DNA from: Chiloscyllium plagiosum
Lineage: Eukaryota
Direction: 5' to 3'
NCBI RefSeq assembly: GCF_004010195.1
Contig: NC_057719.1
Location: 14,072,364 to 14,136,363 of the forward strand
Length of the DNA stretch: 64,000 nucleotides
The notes under the pieces were generated by a model. It worked only from the letters and a program-made list of their open reading frames with translations, did no database searches and was not told the origin of the DNA. A program made the translations under genes and the position numbers. Positions 13,651 through 27,100 of the stretch are shown here, piece by piece; position 1 is the first letter of the stretch, and each line of letters starts with the position of its first letter.

Positions 13651-15659
13651 TAAAAGACGTAAGTTACTACTGATAAACCAGCTCTTTGACAATAAAAAAA
13701 ACAGATGTAGAGCCTCAAAGCAAAATTCTAACAAGTATAAGAATCATACAATCCCTACAGCAAAGAAGCAGGCCCATCAGCCCATCAAGTCCACACTGAC
13801 CCTCCAAAGAACCTATGTCCCCTACTCTATCTCTGCAACTCCACCTAACTTGGACATCTCTAACTACTATGGAGCAACTTAGCATGTCCAATTCACCTAA
13901 GTTGCATGTCTTTGGACTATGGCAGGAAACCCATGGGAAAAATGCACAAACTCCACACAGAGAATTGCCCAAGGATAGAATTGAACCCTGTGAGTCAGCA
14001 GTGCGAACCTCTGAGCCACCATGAGATTAGCTTTTTTTTTTAAAAAAGTGACAGTACAGAGGGTGTCCCACACTGTCAGAGGGCCAGTGACAAGGATGTG
14101 TTGTAATGAGGGTCTACAAATCCAGTCTTTCTTCATTCAGTTTTCTGTTCCTGGTTTAACAATGAAAGCAGTGTTTTAACATATAGCTCTTCATTCAAAC
14201 TGAGCATTAATAGTTCAACTTAATTGGTTGAAGTGATACAAGTTACTTGCCCTTTTTACACAGGTTCCATGTTGACAGCCCATGTACATTGACATTAGAG
14301 GGCAAGCTTAAGGAAAATCAAACAGCAAATTCTTGTGCACTGCTCTATCTGCTTTGTGTGACACTCTCATGTTACTGCATTGATCCTCAGCCCAGGTCAT
14401 ATATTCAAGGCTCAGGAACAGGGCTTGAGCAAATAATATCCCAAGTGGCAACACTGCTGCAGCAAATTTAATGTCACATGAAATGAACTCACGGGTGGGG
14501 TATGCCCATTTCATCATTTTCAAAATTACACATGCAGACCTGCTGCATGAATTGCACATTCTGTGCCTTGCTAAGAGTGCAGAAGCTAGTTTGCCCAGAA
14601 CCAGCCGGCATTCTTTCGAGACCTATTAAAATAAGTATGAAGTGTACATTCAATTAACCTTTATTACTGAATAAAAGTATTTACAATTTTACCACTTGTT
14701 ATTATGACAACGACTCATGAATGTTTAAAAAAACTTGTCCCTTTTTCTTTGGAATATTAAAGCACAAATGTTGAACTCTGTCACTGCATTTCTATTCTGC
14801 TTTTGAGATAAAAGGACATGGAAGTGAAGTCCCCTAACATCGAAGACATTAATTTTATTTGAACAAAATTTTGCTTTCTTGAAACACTATATGCTGCTGA
14901 GGGGATAGCAGTCTGGATTTCAACATGTGAATGTACCTACTTGTAACAGAAGGCAGATCATGTACAACAGGTTGTTGCAGGGATGGAAAACTGCATATCA
15001 TCTGCCTGATAGTGAGGTAACTGCAAAAAAAAGGATTAGATTAGATTCCATACAGTGTGGAAACAGGCCCTTCGACCCAACAAGTCCACACCGACCCTCC
15101 GAAGAGCCACCCACCCCAACCCATCTCCCTCTGACTAATGCACCTAACACTGTGGGCAATTTAGCATGGCCAATTCACCTATCCTGTACGTCTTTGGACT
15201 GTGGGAGGAAACCCACACAGACACGAAGAGAATGTGCAAACTCCACACAGTCACTCGAGGCTGGAATTGAACCTGGGTCCCTTGTGCTGTGAGGCTGTAG
15301 TGCTAACCACTGAGCCAGAGGATGACAGAAAATAAAACAGGTAGAGCACTTTTCCCTTTTTCACCACTTTTCTGTCTTGGACTTTTATTTTCTTGCCATG
15401 TGGTATTCATACTCTCTGCAAGTTTTCACTATTAACTAGCTCTCCATTTCTGCAAAAGCATGGTTGTGCTCTTTTCAACTTCTCATCCCTCTTTTGCTCA
15501 AGGTACTCAGCATTCACCCACTGACGCAAAGTGACTGGAGAGCCGAGAGACCGACAGGGTGCAGTGCCAGCGCAATCCACTACTGTCCAAGCCAGTAGAA
15601 GCCACTTCAGGGGTGAGCATACGATCATCGAGACCCTCTGTCTCAGCTCAGTAAGATAG

Positions 15660-16020
15660 GGTAGAAAGGTGAAGATAAATAGAGAGATCTCGGTGTCCAG
15701 GTGCATAAAATCCTGAAAGATGCCATCCACGTTGATAGGGTTGTTAAGAAAGCATATGGTGTGTTGGCATTTATTGGTAGGGGGATTGAGTTTTGGAGAC
15801 ACGAGGTCATGCGTCAGCTGTACAAGACGCTGGCAAGGCCGCACCTGGAGTATTGTGTACAGTTCTGGTCACCACATTATAGAATGTGGAAGCTTTGGAA
15901 AGGGTTTAGAGGAGATTTACTAGGATGTTGTCTGGTTTGGAAGGAAGGTCATATGAGGAAAGGCTGAGGGAGCTGAGGCTGTTTTCATTGGAGAGAATAA
16001 GGTGATTTAATTGAGGCATT
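15660..16020 (+). mobile_element. CR1 LINE fragment
   Basis: [21 protein letters not shown]. Confidence 0.88.
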
Positions 16021-16720
16021 CTTCCCCCGGGCTTCGGGTGGTGAGGAGTGGTGATGGAGGATGTACAGGACTTGCATGTCCTTTGCAGAGTGGAAGGGGG
16101 AGTTGAAATGTTCAGCCACAGGGCAATGGAGTTGATTGGTGCAGGTGTCCCAGAGATGTTCCCCAAAGCGCTGTGAGAAGGTGTCCGATCTCCCAAATGT
16201 AAAGGAGACCGCATCAGGAGCAACGGATACAATAAATGACAGTTGTGGAAGAGCAGGTGAAACTTTGATGGATGTGGAAGGCTCCTCACCTCCATCCAAG
16301 GCCCACAACTTTCCCCTCACCAAGGCCCCAAAGGAGCCTTCCACATCCATCAAAGTTTCACCCTGGAACACTTCAACCCCAAGCATTAATGTGGACTTCA
16401 CCAGTTTCCACATTTCCCCTCCTCCCACCTTACCCTAGTTCCAACCTTCCAGCTCAGCACCATCCTCATGACCTGTCCATCTTCCTTCCACTCCACCCTC
16501 CTCTCTGACCTATCACCTTTACCCCCACCTCCATCCACCTATTGCACCCTTAGTTACCTTCNNNNNNNNNNNNNNNNNNNNTCCAGTCTCATTTCTGACG
16601 AAGAGCTCCAGCCCAGAACATTGATTTTCCTGCTCCTTGGATACTGCCTGACCCGCTGTGCTTTTCCAACACTGCTTTAATCTTGATTCTAAATCTCCAG
16701 CATCTGCAGTCCTCACTTTT
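16021..16720. mobile_element. Penelope-like element (second family) with internal inversion
   Basis: GIY-YIG-region fragment on - (RFGEHLWDT..PVAEHFN); inverted segment about 16256-16286 versus 16333-16362; 3' tail on +. Confidence 0.75.
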
Positions 16721-17489
16721 GCCTAGATTTCTAAACTAGAACAGTCACCAACATGCTGCGTCAGAAAGCAAGGATGCTTCAAAAGGAAGAGGAGAAAACG
16801 TTGGACTTGTTTCTTGCCCTTCGCATTTGCTGCCTGACGTGTTTAAAGTTTCCAGGATTTACAGTTTTTATTTTAGATTTCCAAGCCATACTTCACGTTT
16901 ACATTACTGCTGAAGCTCACCAGATGTGTTAAAAATGACAGACCAAGTGCTGAATACCTTTGATGTCTTAAGAAACTTCAGGATATGTCATGAATTGCCT
17001 ATTTTGAAATACATATAGCCATGGTGAATGTGCAATGAAATCAGGCTGGTGGTCGGGTTCTGAGTCGACACTCTACCCGTGCCATTTTATTGACATCAGT
17101 TGGTATCAAAGTCTGAGTTTCCACCAAAGTTAAACCATATACTTCACATGGTCATTTGCTTTTCTCATGATAGAAAACAGTTACATGTTACTTGGTCCTT
17201 TAAAACAGTCACTGAAACTTCCTTCTTTGGCTAAGTTTTTGTTCATACATCCTAAAATTGGCTTACGTGGCAAGATGCCTTTCTTTTAGAAACCCTTATG
17301 AACATTTTAACATGAAGGGTGATATATAAATGCCAGTTGATACATTATATGCCATTCTAGGCAGAATAAAAACTGTAGATAGATTCAATGAACAATGAAA
17401 TATCACCAAGCTTAGAAATCAGAGAGTAAAAGGGGATTTAAAGTGATGTCAAGTGGGAGGATAAAAACATAATGCAGAAATTAGGTTTT

Positions 17490-19165
17490 AGAACATAGAA
17501 GAATACAGCGCAGTACAGGCCCTTCGGCCCTCGATGTTGTGCCGATCCAAGCCCACCTAACCTACACTAGCCCACTATCCTCCATATGCCTATCCAATGC
17601 CCGCTTAAATGCCCATAAAGAGGGAGAGTCCACCACTGCTACTGCAGGGCATTCCATGAACTCACGACCCGCTGAGTAAAGAACCTACCCCTAACATCTG
17701 CCCTTTACCTACCACCCCTTAATTTAAAGCTATGCCCACTCNNNNNNNNNNNNNNNNNNNNNNNNNNNNNNNNNNNNNNNNNNNNNNNNNNNNNNNNNNN
17801 NNNNNNNNNNNNNNNNNNNNNNNNNNNNNNNNNNNNNNNNNNNNNNNNNNNNNNNNNNNNNNNNNNNNNNNNNNNNNNNNNNNNNNNNNNNNNNNNNNNN
17901 NNNNNNNNNNNNNNNNNNNNNNNNNNNNNNNNNNNNNNNNNNNNNNNNNNNNNNNNNNNNNNNNNNNNNNNNNNNNNNNNNNNNNNNNNNNNNNNNNNNN
18001 NNNNNNNNNNNNNNNNNNNNNNNNNNNNNNNNNNNNNNNNNNNNNNNNNNNNNNNNNNNNNNNNNNNNNNNNNNNNNNNNNNNNNNNNNNNNNNNNNNNN
18101 NNNNNNNNNNNNNNNNNNNNNNNNNNNNNNNNNNNNNNNNNNNNNNNNNNNNNNNNNNNNNNNNNNNNNNNNNNNNNNNNNNNNNNNNNNNNNNNNNNNN
18201 NNNNNNNNNNNNNNNNNNNNNNNNNNNNNNNNNNNNNNNNNNNNNNNNNNNNNNNNNNNNNNNNNNNNNNNNNNNNNNNNNNNNNNNNNNNNNNNNNNNN
18301 NNNNNNNNNNNNNNNNNNTTCAATTTCTCCATTAGTCTACCATGGGAAATCTTATCAAACGCCTTAATAAAGTCCATGTATACCACATCTACCGCTTTCC
18401 CCTCATCAACCTCCTTTGTCACCTTTTCAAAGAATTCAATAAGGTTTGTGAGGCACGACTTGCCCTTCACAAAACCATGCTGACTATCCTTGATCACATT
18501 ATTCCTATCCAGATGTTCATAAATCCTATCCCTTACAATTCTCTCTAAGACTTTGCCCACAACAGAAGTGAGACTCACCGGCCTATAGTTACTAGGGTTA
18601 TCCCTACTCCCCTTCTTGAACAAGGGAACCACATTTGCTATCCTCCAATCTTCTGGCACTACCTCCTGTAGACAACGAGGACATAAAAATCAAGGCCATT
18701 GGCTCTGCAATCTCCTCCCTTGCTTTCCAGAGAATCCTAGGATAAATGCCATCAGGCCCAGGGGACTTATCTATTTTCACCCTTTCCAGAATTTTCAACA
18801 CCTCTTCCCTACATACCTCAAAGCCATTCCTTCTACTTAATTGTGACTCAGTATTCACATTGACAATAATGTCCTGTTCCTGATTGAATACTGACGAAAA
18901 GTATTCATTCAGTGTCTCCCCAATCTCTTCAGCCTCCACACGCAACTTCCCACTACTATCCTTGACTGGACCTATTCCTACCCTAGTCATTCTTTTATTC
19001 CTGACATACCTATAGAAAGCCTTAGGGTTTTCCCTAATCCTACCAACTAAGGACCTTTCATGTCCCCTCCTTGCTGCTCTTAGCTCTCTCTTCAGGTCCT
19101 TCCTGGCTACCTTATAACTCTCAATCGCCCCAATTGAACCTTCACGCCTCATCTTTACATAGGCG
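17490..19165 (-). mobile_element. Young 5'-truncated CR1 LINE (spans gap)
   Basis: RT motifs KSPGPDGIYP, PEDWRIANVVPLFKKG, NYRPVSLTS, QHGF..SCLTNL and VDVVYMDF; 3' tail at about 17490. Confidence 0.95.
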
Positions 19166-20927
19166 TGTAATTATGAATTTAATTTAGAAACATAAATACT
19201 GTAATTATGTTCATTTCTTTTATCCCAGTAATTATTTTTAATTCATTTTCAAATAATGCAAATGACAGGCAGTGACATCAAACTGAGAATTACATATGTC
19301 ACAGGTTAGTTCTGCGTCAGATCATAACCAAATCTTTTATCTGCCATTGTTACCCATTGTCAAACAAAATAGTTGCAAAAATAAGGTCAGGTTTCCCACA
19401 AAAGGCACTTCCTCGGTGACGAACACAGCTGCTGTCAAGCTCAGAATCCAAGCTTCATGTTCTCCTTTTGACACTGACATAATGCTGGGCAAATCAGCTC
19501 AGCATCCTTTTTGCTTTGTTGAAAATTAACAAAACCAAATTTAAAAAAAAGGTAACTATGAAGTTCATTACAATGGTAATCATACCAATTTATTTTTTTA
19601 AAAGTAAGTACTATGTAAATTTAGGCAGGCTGCTTTGGATCACGTTGGAGAAGAAAACAAATATGCCTGACCCTCACACCAGTTATCAACTTCAAATCCA
19701 CAAACTTTTGCTGCAGTGTGATTTCCTCAGTGCCTGTGAGTAATTTCCAATTAGAGTCATTACCTTAAAACAGGAAGCAAATAGTCACACGATTTAACAA
19801 TTTCAACTTGAGTGTTGCTCATCAAATGTTTCACACGGACAAATATAGGGAATGGGGGCAAAGAGGAAGAGACCTAATAGTGGTGTTCAAAACTGAAGGG
19901 TTTTGATAGAGCCAATGGGCAGTAAAAGCCCAAATGGCCAGAGGGTTGATAAATGTGGTGCTGGAAAAGCACAACAGGTCAGGCAGCATCCAAGGAGCAG
20001 GAAAGTCAATGTTTTGGGCAGAAGCCCTTCATCAGGAATGGTGGGCTGATGAAAGGCTTAAGCCCCACATTTCTGTTGAAGAGCTTATGCTTTTCCAGCA
20101 CCGCACTTGTTGACTCTGGCTCTCCAGCATCTGCAGTCCTCACTTTCTCCACGAGGGCTGATAACCAGAGGACACAGAATTAAGGTGATGAAGAGATTTT
20201 TTTTTTTTGAAACTAGTTGCCAAGATTGGCATTCTTTTGTCTGAAATGAAGAAAACAAATTTGGTCGGTCATTTTCAAATTAAACTGTTTGAAAAATGAC
20301 CAAGTTTCTACAACACTCTAAATATTAGTAACAGAATAGTCAAGCAAAACTGAGGAGTGCCACCTAACTTCAAAGATAGTTCTCTCTGTTGGGGAAAAAT
20401 ACCAAAACATGTTCAAGCAGTTAAAGATCTATACAAGCTCGAGATGGGCTAAAATTTGACAGGATATCGCCACCCATGTCAGATCACCAGCAAGCAGCCA
20501 GACACACAGTCATAGATACTTCTCTTCAAAGAGAGAAAAAAAAACACACAATATTTCACTGTCTTTCTTGGGTGTGGCGAGACAATTTAGATTGAATTAT
20601 TTAATTTGCTCACTGCCCTTCACAGTATTATTTAGTTTAGAAGAGGCAAAGGGATATTGTGTTAAGAAAAAATATTTGTACAACTTTTGCTATTACTAGA
20701 ACATTCTGTTTCAAAATATTTGATAGTATCACAACACAAAGCATAAATAATGCAAACTCCAGTGTTCTCTCAGCATTTGCTGTCTTTGCAATATTTAACA
20801 AGGCTACAAGATCACAACATTTTGTTTCAAGCACGGCTGGGTCTTCTCCTGGCCAGGCCATGGCAGATTTCGTGAGCAACGTTTTAATAGAAGTTTGGAG
20901 AAAAACTGCTCCACAACAGGTCCCACT

Positions 20928-21102
20928 TTACAACTTGATGGAAAAGGAACTCCCACAAGAACATCCATGTTCTGCCTGTGGATTGTGGATCACTTGAAAT
21001 GAGCTTCGGATTAGTTCTTCACTGTAATCCACTGTCCCTCCTTTCAGGTACTCCATACTGTCAGAATCAACGACCAGCGAAACTCCATCCTGTTCAAAGA
21101 CT
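20928..21102 (-). CDS. ISCA2: ISCA2 coding exon 4 ([57 protein letters not shown])
   Basis: Translated by hand. CxC motif CSCGSSF; acceptor TTAAG; stop TAA at 20930-20928. Confidence 0.97.
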
Positions 21103-24100
21103 CTTAATTTGTAGAGGAAACCATAAAATTAACATGCAGGTAGTAAAATTAATAATATTTAAGATGCTTCATATTAGACCGTATTTTTACTATTTAAAAT
21201 TATGGGAAGACTGCAGTGTAGTGGTAATATCACTGGTCTCGTAATCCTTGGGAGCAAGCTAATGTTTTGTGGACATGGGTTCAAATCCCTCCAGAGCAGA
21301 TGGTGAAGTTTTATTTCAATTCATGTATCACTAAGTAAAATGTAGTGCAATGATGACCATGAAACGATTGTCAATTCTTGTAAAAACCCACCTGGTACAC
21401 TAATGTTTTTATGGAAGACGTCAGTCTTTCTAAACTGGTCAGGCCTCCAGGGGACTTCAGGCCTTCAACGATGCGGCCAATTCTTAAAAATCCCTCTGAA
21501 ATGACTGAACAAGCCACTAAGTGATTCAATTCAAGTAGGAATGATACAACTCATGATCTATGCTGTTGCAGGTTTCACATATTTTAGGAGGCCATACACT
21601 TTTTGTTTGGAGAATAGTGCAAAACTCCAGAGTGTACCACTGGTATAGTAATGTTGTGTTTAAATTAAGCAATAGCTAGATAGCAATGAAGTTGCATCTT
21701 GATGCAACAACAACAACACTAAACTGAATTTTTTTAAATGCATCTAAGGCATCTAGTTTTGGAATGTCAACTTTACCAGCTATGAAGCACAAGAGGAGCA
21801 CCAGCTGGTTTACTTCTCTAGTTGCCACAACAGGATGGTGCGCTATTCTGGAATAAATTTGTGTTGGACCAGGATTGTGATTGGAATCATTAGCAGGTTT
21901 CGCAAAGTTGAGATTAAAAAACAAACATTCTGTTAGAATCTAATGTTGGGAAGTTAGCTCAATGAACCGATTTTAAACCTTGCTGGCAATCTCTCATTAA
22001 ACTTAGTGATACTTAACATTCTTTAGAAAGTCAATGCAGAGTCAAATGCTGACAGAAAGTAAATTGAAAGGGAGATCCACAGGATTCACAGAAATGCAGT
22101 TTCCTCCTCAAAAGGATTAAAGTTAAATTTAGATAAATAACTCACTGGTTCTAAAATTACGCTGATATCTTTTATATCTTTTCCCCTCTCACCCTAAGCC
22201 TATGCCCTCTAGTTCTGGACTCCCCAATCAAGGGAAAATACCTTGTCTACTTATCCTATCCATGCCCCTCATGATTATATAAATCTCTATAAGATCACTC
22301 CTCTGCCTCCGATGCTCCAGGGAAAACAGCCCCAGCCTGTTCAGCCTCTCCCTATAGTTCAAATCCTCCAACCCTGCCAACATCCTTGTAAATCTTTTCT
22401 CTCAACCCTTTTAAAGTTTCACAACATCCTTCTGATAAGAAAGAGACCAGAATTGCACGCAATATTCCAACAGTGGCCTAACCAATGTCCTGTACAGCTG
22501 CAACATGACCTCCCACTACCCTACTCAATACTCTGACCAATAAAACAAAGCGTACCAAATGCCTTCCTCACTATCCTATCTACCTGCGACTCTACTTTCA
22601 AGGAGCTATGAACCTGCACTCCAAGGTCCCTTTTGTTCAGTAATACTCCCTCAGACTTGATCTGCTAAAATTTGCTTTCCCATATTGCATCACCTCACAT
22701 TTATCTAAATTAAACTCCATCTGCCACTCCTCAGCCCATTAGCTCATCCAATCAAGATCCCGTTGTAATCAAAGGTAACCTTCTTCGCTGTCCACTACAC
22801 CTCCAATTTTGGCGTCATCTGCAAACTTACTAACTGTACCTCTTATGCCCGCATCCAAATCATTGATGTAAATGACAAAACGTGGTAGACCCAGCACCGA
22901 TCCTTGTGGCACTCCACTAGTCAAACAGGCCTCCAGTCTGAAAAACAACAATCCACCACCACCCTCTGTCTTCTACCTTTGAGCCATCCAAATGCATCCA
23001 AATGGCTAGTTCTCCCTGTATTCCATGAGATCTAACCTTGCTAACCAGTCTCCCATTGAGAACCTTGTTGAACGCCTTACTGAAGTCCGTATAAATCACG
23101 TCTACCACTCTGTCCTCATCAATCCTCTGAATTTTTTTTTGAAGAACTAACAATCAAGTTTGTGAGACATGATTTCCCATGCACAAAGCCATGTTGACTA
23201 TCACTAATCAGTCCTTGCTTTCCAAATACATGTACATCTTGTCCCTCAGGGATTCCCTCCAACAATCTGCCCACCACTGACCTGGTTTGTCCTTACCACC
23301 TTTTCTAAAAAGTGGCATCCCATTAGCCAACCTCCAGTCTTCCAGCACCACCTGTGACTATCGATGAAACAAATATCACAACAAGACGCCCCGCAATCAC
23401 TTCCTTAGCTTCCCACAGTTGAAATATCATAGGTACTCTTTATATGATAATTGAAAATGTCCCCTCAAATATCCAATGCATGACTGATACTCAACTTATT
23501 CAGAACCTGAAAGGAAAAAAATCATTATCCATTCCAGTATCAGGTGATAGAAGATCATACACAAAAAAAAACTTGTGTACTTCATAGAACTTTTAGCATA
23601 ACATAGTCTCAAGGTCCTTCGTAAGTACATCTAACAACAAAATCATTATCCATTCCAGTATCAGGTGATAGAAGATCATACAAAAAAAAAACTTGTGTAC
23701 TTCATAGAACTTTTAGCATAATATAGTCTCAAGGTCCTTCATAAGTACATCTAACAACCACATCAGGGTGATATTAGGACAGATGACCAAATGTTTGGTC
23801 AAAGTAGTAAGTTTCATGGAGCATCTTAAAAAAGGTGTAAAAAGAGAAGAAAGACAAAAGTAAATTAGGGAGAGAATTCCAGAAATTAGCTCTTCATCTG
23901 CTGGTGATACAGTGTCAACATTGTCACATTAAAATGTGGAATGCACAAGAGGACAGAGTTGAAGGAACATAGATGTCTGGAAAGGTTGTGGGACTAGAGA
24001 AGATTAAAAAGTAGGGATGCAGAGAATGTTAAAATCAAAGCAGCCAGCGTCAGTTAAGGAGCAGGGGGTGAGGGGAGGAATAGGTGAAATGGGTCTAGCT

Positions 24101-27100
24101 GCAAATTAGGAAATGGTGATTTGATGAACAAGAATATGGTTCTTGTTGATTTCAAACTCATGGTGGGGGGCTGAAATTATCAGATGTCAGACAATCAATT
24201 TGACCATTTACAGACTCTGGTCAGAGGTCGTGCTGAGCTGGGTGTTACCAGCATACACAGGGAAGCTGGATGAAATCACTCCAATGATAACTTCTAAGCT
24301 TAAGTAGCACCAGTATTAATGGCATAAAGTAGGAAGAAAAGCTGCTGTAGGCATTTCTCAAGCTTTTGAAGGAAATTAAGTTAATGCAATCCTAGCAAGC
24401 TGGATGACTATAGAGCAATGGTGTGGTCATCCCCTCAAATGGTAGATGGATTGGTTAACAGCATTAAAGCCTACTGACAGATCAAAGGAAGGATGATGTT
24501 CACCTTATTAAGGAAACATACTGTCTACATTAATACTTCCCCTTTGAAAAGTAAACTGAAATTACCAGGCTAGCAGGGTGGCTTATGACAGCAATCACAA
24601 TCGTGGAATGGCAGATCACAAATGAGCATCCCTTGTCTGTGCAGTGCATCCCACAGGAAAAAGATCGTAACGAATTTTTAAAAATGAACAAAATTACATT
24701 TACATGTGTGATGTTTCTATGGGACAAAAACTATAATAACACCAGTAAACACAACAAGCATTTAAAAAAATATACACACACACACACACACCTGTCATCT
24801 GGGTTTATTGCTGTATCCACAATGAATTTGTACTGGAATCCTGAGCAGCCTCCTCCTTCGACTTGTACCCTTAGGACCTCACCCTTTTCCAAAATCAGCT
24901 GTAGGCGCTGTAACACACATTTTGAATGTAGACTTTAAGCCGTAATAATTTGTAAGCTTCATAAAGTTACTACAAAATACAGAGATCAATTAGCAGGATA
25001 TTTCATGAAATGAATTATATTACATTACATTGTCGGAAATCGCTTGTGCTATGGTTTAGATCGTCACACGGACCCAAGGCTAGAATTCAGAGCAGACCAG
25101 TTGAAAAAATGTCAGGATGCTATCGAGTTTGAGAGGGCTGCAAACAAGTTACTAAGTACCGAGCACAGCAGAAAATTGCTCATATTTCTGTACTAATTGG
25201 CAATGTCATACTATAAACAACATTACAATGATTCAGACTAACAATCCTCTCCTTACCAATTTGGAATTTTGATATCCCCTCAGTAATCAACCATGATAAT
25301 GAGCGTGTTATTGGAATATTCCACTTTTTATTATCTTCCCAAGTCAAATTGTAATGAACACGGATTAATACTATTGAAACAAAAGCAAACAGTGTTATGG
25401 CCAGAATTGGAACTCTGGTTTTGGCCATAATGCTCTAAATATGAAATCAAAACTATTTTTTGGTCCAAATTAGGTGTCTCAGCCAGATTCCACCATGTTA
25501 CTAACTTTACCTTAACACAGCTATCACTGAGGAACACAATATCCTGTGGTGCAGCAGTCTGTGATTCTTGACCAACTGAAAACCATCTTTCAGTTACTCG
25601 TGATTGCCGGGATGATAAGATATGAATTTTGTCAGACAATAACACAGGACGGCTGGGTAAAGAAATGGCCAAACATGGCACCCTGTTAAAAATGTAAAAA
25701 TAAAAGAAATAGTCAGTTGGCAGAAAAGTGTGCAAAATGAAACACCAATTTTTAGATATGATTCAATAAGAATAAGAAAGGAATGCCATAACTGCATCTA
25801 CACTTTAAATATATTTAAACTGGTTGTCCAGTCAACTTGCTTTAATTTGTGAAAGAGGCCACAAAGTCAAATTCCACCATATTTCAGGTCAAATTCGTGC
25901 CATAGCTCCTGCTCGGGATTTGGGGCACAACATACTACAGGAAGTAGGAAAGAAAAAAAACTTTTATTAACACACCGGATCATCAACGCCACACTCACAG
26001 GAATCCGATTCACGAGAGAAGAAGAAAAGGATAGCCAACTCCCATTCCTAGACGTGATGGTACAGAGAACACCAGACGGAGAATTCACTACAAGAGTATA
26101 CAGGAAAGCCACACACACAGACCAAGTCCTAAACTATGAAAGTAACCACCCCAACACACACAAACAAAGCTGCATCANNNNNNNNNNNNNNNNNNNNNNN
26201 NNNNNNNNNNNNNNNNNNNNNNNNNNNNNNNNNNNNNNNNNNNNNNNNNNNNNNNNNNNNNNNNNNNNNNNNNNNNNNNNNNNNNNNNNNNNNNNNNNNN
26301 NNNNNNNNNNNNNNNNNNNNNNNNNNNNNNNNNNNNNNNNNNNNNNNNNNNNNNNNNNNNNNNNNNNNNGCCATGAAACGACACGACCAGCTATCCTTAG
26401 TAGCCACACACGCAGACAACAAGTAACATGAATTCGACTGGGACAACACTACTATCATAGGGCAAGCCGACAGAGAACAGCCAGGGAATTCCTAGAGGCA
26501 TGGCATTCATCCACAAACTCCATCAACAAACACATCAACCTGGACCCAATATACCAACCACTACAGCGAACAGCTGAAACTGACAACCGGAAGCGGCAGG
26601 GACAGACCACTATAAACACCGGAGGAAACATCAAAGAAGCGCTTCACAGGAGGCTCCCAAGAACTGATGATGTTGCCTAGGCAGGGGACGAAACGTTTGC
26701 AACAAAAACTTCCAGCTCGGCGAACAGAACCACAACAAACACTTTTATTAACTGAAATATGTCCAAATCTGAGATTCTTCAAATCTACTGGACTTTGAAA
26801 GTGGTAACATTCTATTCATGATCATCAAGCATTGAAAATTATAATGAAAATTTAAGACCGTTGACCATGTCTTATCAATTGTCTAAACACCAAAAAACTG
26901 ACAGCCATAAGAAATGCATAATGTTGAATTAACCGGTCAGTAATCCTGCCAAACTGAAAAATCTTTGCCAGTCTGTACAAAGTAATTTAGCTCCCTAACT
27001 ATTAGACTCACAGTGATCAATCCCCTGACTATGTCAGCATTTTTGTTAAAAGACTTGAATTAGGAGCTGCATAAGATCAGTGGGTAAGAGGTTTACTCCA

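Noticed and set aside
14240..14680. Repeat-free stretch that could be a conserved enhancer
   Set aside because: Conservation cannot be assessed without alignments.
1..20000. Expected neighbouring gene exons (e.g. LTBP2 by human synteny)
   Set aside because: No EGF/TB Cys-rich or otherwise recognisable exon was found by eye; small exons cannot be excluded.
20659..20997. 112-aa + strand ORF overlapping the ISCA2 end
   Set aside because: Antisense to ISCA2 exon 4 and 3'UTR, non-ATG start, no recognisable product.
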